DNA of 64,000 nucleotides from Eledone cirrhosa (lineage: Eukaryota). The notes beneath the pieces are model-generated. The model ran no database searches. It was given only the letters and a program-made list of their open reading frames with translations, and was not told where the DNA came from. A program made the translations under genes and the position numbers. Of the stretch, positions 56,101-64,000 are shown piece after piece. The stretch is from positions 335,606,001-335,670,000 of the forward strand of contig OZ024743.1 in NCBI GenBank assembly GCA_964016885.1, given 5' to 3'. How positions within the stretch are numbered: the stretch's first letter is position 1; every line of letters starts with the position of its first letter.

Positions 56101-59100
56101 TGATGTATCTGCTAGCAACATGATTGCTATTGTTGTTATTGCTGGTGGTGTCAGTGATGGTGGGGATGGTAGCTATGGTGATGTAGCTGGTTGTAACATG
56201 ATTGCTATTGTTGTTATTGCTGGTGGTGTCAGTGATTGTGGGGATGGTAGCTATGGTGATGTAGCTGCTAGCAACATGATTGCTATTGTTGTTATTGCTG
56301 GTGGTGTCAGTGATGGTGGGGATGGTTGCTATGGTGATGTAGCTGGTAGTAACATGATTGCTATTGTTGTTATTGCTGGTGGTGTCAGTGATGGTGGGGA
56401 TGGTAGTTATGGTGATGTAGCTGCTAGCAACATGATTGCTATTGTTGTTATTGCTGGTGGTGTCAGTGATGGTGGGGATGGTGGCAATGGTGATGTAGCT
56501 GCTAGGAACATGATTGCAATTGTTGTTATTGCTGGTGGTATCAGTGATGATGGGGATGGTAGCTTTGGTGATGTAGCTGGTAGTAACATGATTGCTATTG
56601 TTGTTATTGCTGGTGGTGTCAGTGATGGTGGGGATGGTAGCTATGGTGATGTAGCTGGTAGTAACATGATTGCTATCGTTGTTATTGCTGGTGGTGTCAG
56701 TGATGGTGGGGATGGTAGATATGGTGATGTAGCTGGTAGTAACATGATTGCTATTGTTGTTATTGCTGGTGGTGTCAGTGATGGTGGGGATGGTAGCTAT
56801 GGTGATGTAGCTGGTAGTAACATGATTGTTATTGTTGTTATTGCTGGTGGTGTCAGTGATGGTGGGGATGGTAGCTATGGTGATGTAGCTGGTAGTAACA
56901 TGATTGCTACTGTTGTTATTGCTGGTGGGGTCAGTGATGGTGGGGATGGTAGTTATGGTGATGTAGCATCTAGCAACATGATTGCTATTGTTGTTATTGC
57001 TGGTGGTATCAGTGATGGTGGGGATGGTAGCTATGGTGATTTAGCTGGTAGTAACATGATTGCTATTGTTGTTATTGCTGGTGGTGTCAGTGATGGTGGG
57101 GATGGTAGCTATGGTGATGTAGCTGCAAGCAACATGATTGCTATTGTTGTTATTGCTGGTGGTGTCAGTGATGGTGGGGATGGTAGCTATGGTGATGTAG
57201 CTGCTAGCAACATGATTGCTATTGTTGTTATTGCTGGTGGTGTCAGTGATGGTGGGGATGGTAGCTATGGTGATGTAGCTGCTTGTAACATGATTGCTAT
57301 TGTTGTTATTGCTGGTGGTGTCAGTGATTGTGGGGATGGTAGCTATGGTGATGTAGCTGCTAGTAACATGATTGCTATTGTTGTTGTTGCTGGTGGTGTC
57401 AGTGATGGTGGGGATGGCAGCTATGGTGATGTAGCTGGTAGTAACTTGATTGCTATTGTTGTTAGTGCTGGCGGTGTCAGTGATGGTGGGGATGGTAGCT
57501 ATGGTGATGTAGCTGGTAGTAACATGATTGCTATTGTTGTTATTGCTGGTGGTGTCAGTGATGGTGGGGATGGTAGCTATGGTGATGTAGCTGCTAGCAA
57601 CATGATTGCTATTGTTGTTATTGCTGGTGGTGTCAGTGATGGTGGGGATGGTAGCTATGGTGATGTAGCTGGTTGTAACATGATTGCTATTGTTGTTGTT
57701 GCTGGTGGTGTCAGTGATGGTGGGGATGGTAGCTATGGTGATGTAGCTGGTAGTAACTTGATTGCTATTGTTGTTATTGCTGGTGGTATCAATGATGGTG
57801 GGGATGGTAGCTATGGTGATGTAACTGGTAGTAACATGATTGCTATTGTTGTTATTGCTGGTGGTGTCAGTGATGGTGGGGATGGTAGCTATGGTGATGT
57901 AGCTGGTAGTAACATGATTGCTATTGTTGTTATTGCTGGTGGTGTCAGTGATGGTGGGGATATTAGCTATGGTGATGTAGCTGCTAGCAACATGATTGCT
58001 ATTGTTGTTATTGCTGGTGGTGTCAGTGATTGTGGGGATGGTAGCTATGGTGATGTAGCTGCTAGCAACATGATTGCTATTGTTGTTATTGCTGGTGGTG
58101 TCAGTGATGGTGGGGATGGTTGCTATGGTGATGTAGCTGGTAGTAACATGATTGCTATTGGTGTTATTGCTGGTGGTGTCAGTGATGGTGGGGATGGTAG
58201 CTATGGTGATGTAGCTGGTAGTAATATGATTGCTATTGTTGTTATTGCTGGTGGTGTCAGTGATGGTGGGGATGGTAGCTATGGTGATGTAGCTGGTAGT
58301 AACATGATTGCTATTGTTGTTATCGCTGGTGGTGTCAGTGATGGTGGGGATGGTAGCTATGGTGATGTAGCTGCTAGCAACATGATTGCTATTGTTGTTA
58401 TTGCTGGTGGTGTCAGTGATGGTGGGGATGGTAGCTATGGTGATGTAGCTGGTTGTAACATGATTGCTATTGTTGTTGTTGCTGGTGCTGTCAGTGATGG
58501 TGGGGATGGTAGCTATGGTGATGTAGCTGGTAGTAACTTGATTGCTATTGTTGTTATTGCTGGTGGTGTCAGTGATGGTGGGGATGGTAGTTATGATGAT
58601 GTAGCTGCTAGCAACATGATTGCTATTGTTGTTATTGCTGGTGGTGTCAGTGATGGTGGGGATGGTAGCTATGGTGATGTAGCTGCTAGCAACATGATTG
58701 CTATTGTTGTTATTGCTGGTGGTGTCAGTGATGGTGGGGATGGTAGCTATGGTGATGTAGCTGGTAGTAACATGATTGCTATTGTTGTTATCGCTGGTGG
58801 TGTCAGTGATGGTGGGGATGGTAGCTATGGTGATGTAGCTGCTAGCAACATGATTGCTATTGTTGTTATTGCTGGTGGTGTCAGTGATGTTGGGGATGGT
58901 AGCTATGGTGATGTAGCTGGTAGTAACATGATTGCTATTGTTGTTATTGCTGGTGGTGTCAGTGATGGTGGGGATGGTAGCTATGGTGATGTAGCTGCTA
59001 GCAACATGATTGCTATTGTTGTTATTGCTGGTGGTGTCAGTGATGGTGGGGATGGTAGCTATGGTGATGTAGCTGCTAGCAACATGATTGCTATTGTTGT

Positions 59101-62100
59101 TATTGCTGGTGGTGTCAGTGATGGTGGGGATGGTAGCTATGGTGATGTAGCTGCTTGTAACATGATTGCTATTGTTGTTGTTGCTGGTGGTGTCAGTGAT
59201 GGTGGGGATGGTAGCTATGGTGATGTAGCTGCTAGCAACATGATTGCTATTGTTGTTATTGCTGGTGGTGTCAGTGATGATGGGGATGGTAGCTATGGTG
59301 TTGTAGCTGGTAGTAACATGATTGTTATTGTTGTTATTGCTGGTGGTGTCAGTGATGGTGGGGATGGTAGCTATGGTGATGTAGCTGGTAGTAACTTGAT
59401 TGCTATTGTTGTTATTGCTGGTGGTGTCAGTGATGATGGGGATGGTAGCTATGGTGTTGTAGCTGGTAGTAACATGATTGCTATTGTTGTTATTGCTGGT
59501 GGTGTCAGTGATGGTGGGGATGGTAGCTATGGTGATGTAGCTGCTAGCAACATGATTGCTATTGTTGTTATTGCTGGTGGTGTCAGTGATGGTGGGGATG
59601 GTAGCTATGGTGATGTAGCTGCTAGCAACATGATTGCTATTGTTGTTATTGCTGGTGGTGTCAGTGATGGTGGGGATGGTTGCTATGGTGATGTAGCTGG
59701 TAGTAACATGATTGCTATTGTTGTTATTGCTGGTGGTGTCAGTGATGGTGGGGATGGTAGCTATGGTGATGTAGCTGGTAGTAACATGATTGCTATTGTT
59801 GTTATCGCTGGTGGTGTCAGTGATGGTGGGGATGGTAGCTATTGTGATGTAGCTGCTAGCAACATGATTGCTATTGTTGTTATTGCTGGTGGTGTCAGTG
59901 ATGGTGGGGATGGTAGCTATGGTGATGTAGCTGGTTGTAACATGATTGCTATTGTTGTTGTTGCTGGTGGTGTCAGTGATGGTGGGGATGGTAGCTATGG
60001 TGATGTAGCTGGTAGTAACTTGATTGCTATTGTTGTTATTGCTGGTGGTGTCAGTGATGGTGGGGATGGTAGTTATGGTGATGTAGCTGCTAGCAACATG
60101 ATTGCTATTGTTGTTATTGCTGGTGGTGTCAGTGATGGTGGGGATGGTAGCTATGGTGATGTAGCTGCTAGCAACATGATTGCTATTGTTGTTGTTGCTG
60201 GTGGTGTCAGTGATGGTGGGGATGGTAGCTATGGTGATGTAGCTGGTAGTAACTTGATTGCTATTGTTGTTATTGCTGGTGGTGTCAGTGATGGTGGGGA
60301 TGGTAGCTATGGTGTTGTAGCTGGTAGTAACATGATTGCTATTGTTGTTATTGCTGGTGGTGTCAGTGATGGTGGGGATGGTAGCTATGGTGATGTAGCT
60401 GCTAGAAACATGATTGCTATTGTTGTTATTGCTGGTGGTGTCAGTGATGGTGGGGATGGTAGCTATGCTGACGTAGCTGGTTGTAACATGATTGCTATTG
60501 TTGTTGTTGCTGGTGGTGTCAGTGATGGTGGGGATGGTAGCTATGGTGATGTAGCTGGTAGTAACATGATTGCTATTGTTGTTATTGCTGGTGGTGTCAG
60601 TGATTGTGGGGATGGTAGCTATGGTGATGTAGCTGGTTGTAACATGATTGCTATTGTTGTTATTGCTGGTGGTGTCAGTGATGGTGGGGATGGTTGCTAT
60701 GGTGATGTAGCTGGTAGTAACATGATTGCTATTGTTGTTGTTGCTGGTGGTGTCAGTGATGGTGGGGATGGTAGCTATGGTGATGTAGCTGGTAGTAACA
60801 TGATTGCTATTGTTGTTATTGCTGGTGGTGTCAGTGATGGTGGGGATGGTAGCTATGGTGATGTAGCTGGTAGTAACATGATTGCTATTGTTGTTATTGC
60901 TGGTGGTGTCAGTGATGGTGGGGATGGTAGCTATGGCGATGTAGCTGGTAGTAACATGATTGCTATTGTTGTTATTGCTGGTGGTGTCAGTGATGGTGGG
61001 GATGGTTGCTATGGTGATGTAGCTGGTAGTAACATGATTGCTATTGTTGTTATTGCTGGTGGTGTCAGTGATGGTGGGGATGGTAGCTATGGTGATGTAG
61101 CTGCTAGCAACATGATTGCTATTGTTGTTATTGCTGGTGGTGTCAGTGATGGTGGGGATGGTTGCTATGGTGATGTAGCTGGTAGTAACATGATTGCTAT
61201 TGTTGTTATTGCTGGTGGTGTCAGTGATGGTGGGGATCGTAGCTATGGTGATGTAGCTGGTAGTAACATGATTGCTATTGTTGTTATTGCTGGTGGTGTC
61301 AGTGATGGTGGGGATGGTAGCTATGGTGATGTAGCTGGTAGTAACATGATTGCTATTGTTGTTATCGCTGGTGGTGTCAGTGATGGTGGGGATGGTAGCT
61401 ATGGTGATGTAGCTGCTAGCAACATGATTGCTATTGTTGTTATTGCTGGTGGTGTCAGTGATGGTGGGGATGGTAGCTATGGTGATGTAGCTGGTTGTAA
61501 CATGATTGCTATTGTTGTTGTTGCTGGTGGTGTCAGTGATGGTGGGGATGGTAGCTATGGTGATGTAGCTGGTAGTAACTTGATTGCTATTGTTGTTATT
61601 GCTGGTGGTGTCAGTGATGGTGGGGATGGTAGCTATGGTGATGTAGCTGCTAGCAACATGATTGCTATTGTTGTTATTGCTGGTGGTGTCAGTGATGGTG
61701 GGGATGGTAGCTATGGTGATGTAGATGGTTGTAACATGATTGCTATTGTTGTTGTTGCTGGTGGTGTCAGTGATGGTGGGGATGGTAGCTATGGTGATGT
61801 AGCTGGTAGTAACTTGATTGATATTGTTGTTATTGCTGGTGGTGTCAGTGATGGTGGGGATGGTAGCTAAGGTGATGTAGCTGGTAGTAACATGATTGCT
61901 ATTGTTGTTATTGCTGGTGGTGTCAGTGATGGTGGGGATGGTAGCTATGGTGATGTAGCTGGTAGCAACAGGATTACTATTGTTGTTATTGCTGGTGGTG
62001 TCAGTGATTGTGGGGATGGTAGCTATGGTGATGTAGCTGCTAGCAACATGATTGCTATTGTTGTTATTGCTGGTGGTGACAGTGATGGTGGGGATCGTAG

Positions 62101-64000
62101 CTATGGTGATGTAGCTGGTAGTAACATGATTGCCATTGTTGTTATCGCTGGTGGTGTCAGTGATGGTGGGGATGGTAGCTATGGTGATGTAGCTGGTTGT
62201 AACATGATTGCTATTGTTGTTGTTGCTGGTGGTGTCAGTGATGATGGGGATGGTAGCTATGGTGATGTAGCTGGTAGTAACTTGATTGCTATTGTTGTTA
62301 TTGCTGGTGGTGTCAGTGATGGTGGGGATGGTAGCTATGGTGATGTAGCTGGTAGTAATATGATTGCTATTGTTGTTATTGCTGGTGGTGTCAGTGATGG
62401 TGGGGATGGTAGCTATGGTGATGTAGCTGGTAGTAACATGATTGCTATTGTTGTTATCGCTGGTGGTGTCAGTGATGGTGGGGATGGTAGCTATGGTGAT
62501 GTAGCTGCTAGCAACATGATTGCTATTGTTGTTATTGCTGGTGGTGTCAGTGATGGTGGGGATGGTAGCTATGGTGATGTAGCTGGTTGTAACATGATTG
62601 CTATTGTTGTTGTTGCTGGTGCTGTCAGTGATGGTGGGGATGGTAGCTATGGTGATGTAGCTGGTAGTAACTTGATTGCTATTGTTGTTATTGCTGGTGG
62701 TGTCAGTGATGGTGGGGATGGTAGTTATGATGATGTAGCTGCTAGCAACATGATTGCTATTGTTGTTATTGCTGGTGGTGTCAGTGATGGTGGGGATGGT
62801 AGCTATGGTGATGTAGCTGCTAGCAACATGATTGCTATTGTTGTTATTGCTGGTGGTGTCAGTGATGGTGGGGATGGTAGCTATGGTGATGTGGCTGGTA
62901 GTAACATGATTGCTATTGTTGTTATCGCTGGTGGTGTCAGTGATGGTGGGGATGGTAGCTATGGTGATGTAGCTGCTAGCAACATGATTGCTATTGTTGT
63001 TATTGCTGGTGGTGTCAGTGATGGTGGGGATGGTAGCTATGGTGATGTAGCTGGTTGTAACATGATTGCTATTGTTGTTGTTGCTGGTGGTGTCAGTGAT
63101 GGTGGGGATGGTAGCTATGGTGATGTAGCTGGTAGTAACTTGATTGCTATTGTTGTTATTGCTGGTGGTGTCAGTGATGGTGGGGATGGTAGCTATGGTG
63201 ATGTAGCTGCTAGCAACATGATTGCTATTGTTGTTATTGCTGGTGGTGTCAGTGATGGTGGGGATGGTAGCTATGGTGATGTAGATGGTTGTAACATGAT
63301 TGCTATTGTTGTTGTTGCTGGTGGTGTCAGTGATGGTGGGGATGGTAGCTATGGTGATGTAGCTGGTAGTAACTTGATTGATATTGTTGTTATTGCTGGT
63401 GGTGTCAGTGATGGTGGGGATGGTAGCTAAGGTGATGTAGCTGGTAGTAACATGATTGCTATTGTTGTTATTGCTGGTGGTGTCAGTGATGGTGGGGATG
63501 GTAGCTATGGTGATGTAGCCGGTAGCAACAGGATTACTATTGTTGTTATTGCTGGTGGTGTCAGTGATTGTGGGGATGGTAGCTATGGTGATGTAGCTGC
63601 TAGCAACATGATTGCTATTGTTGTTATTGCTGGTGGTGTCAGTGATGGTGGGGATGGTTGCTATGGTGATGTAGCTGGTAGTAAAATGATTGCTATTGTT
63701 GTTATTGCTGGTGGTGTCAGTGATGGGGGGATGGTAGCTATGGTGATGTAGCTGCTAGCAACATGATTGCTATTGTTGTTATTGCTGGTGGTGACAGTGA
63801 TGGTGGGGATCGTAGCTATGGTGATGTAGCTGGTAGTAACATGATTGCCATTGTTGTTATCGCTGGTGGTGTCAGTGATGGTGGGGATGGTAGCTATGGT
63901 GATGTAGCTGGTTGTAACATGATTGCTATTGTTGTTGTTGCTGGTGGTGTCAGTGATGGTGGGGATGGTAGCTATGGTGATGTAGCTGGTAGTAACTTGA
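32119..64000. repeat. 78-bp tandem satellite, ~410 units, running off the window
   Basis: Consensus GTCAGTGATGGTGGGGATGGTAGCTATGGTGATGTAGCTGGTAGTAACATGATTGCTATTGTTGTTATTGCTGGTGGT. Confidence 0.97.

Noticed and set aside
48248-61870. 4540-aa ORF (and the 2787- and 2329-aa ORFs) as real genes
   Set aside because: Pure satellite translation with no unique domain or signal peptide, bounded by sporadic stops and frameshifts; kept only as a low-probability finding.
32119-64000. CRISPR-like array
   Set aside because: No unique spacers, no palindromic repeat, no cas genes, and a eukaryotic context.

Overview
Eukaryotic, repeat-dense, AT-rich genomic DNA with no intact host gene that I can support. 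The tRNA-derived SINE types and abundant (CA)n/(TA)n suggest a cephalopod such as Octopus; this is inference. The first half is a near-identical tandem duplication of a ~16.5 kb block (467-16927, repeated from 16933). The block holds 5'-truncated Penelope-like retroelement (PLE) fragments with GIY-YIG endonuclease remnants, a decayed Helitron PIF1 helicase, a complete non-autonomous Helitron, SINEs and a mariner-type MITE. From ~32120 to the window end is a 78-bp satellite (~410 units) with higher-order structure; its very long ORFs are probably compositional artefacts. The most interesting signal is RNA-level. Each block has seven minimal type I hammerhead ribozyme (HHR) cores (CUGANGA...GAAA) from several different sequence families. 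One is a non-coding, 546-bp, terminally redundant retrozyme-like element whose repeat starts 3 nt after the predicted self-cleavage site. All structures were folded by eye and are untested.
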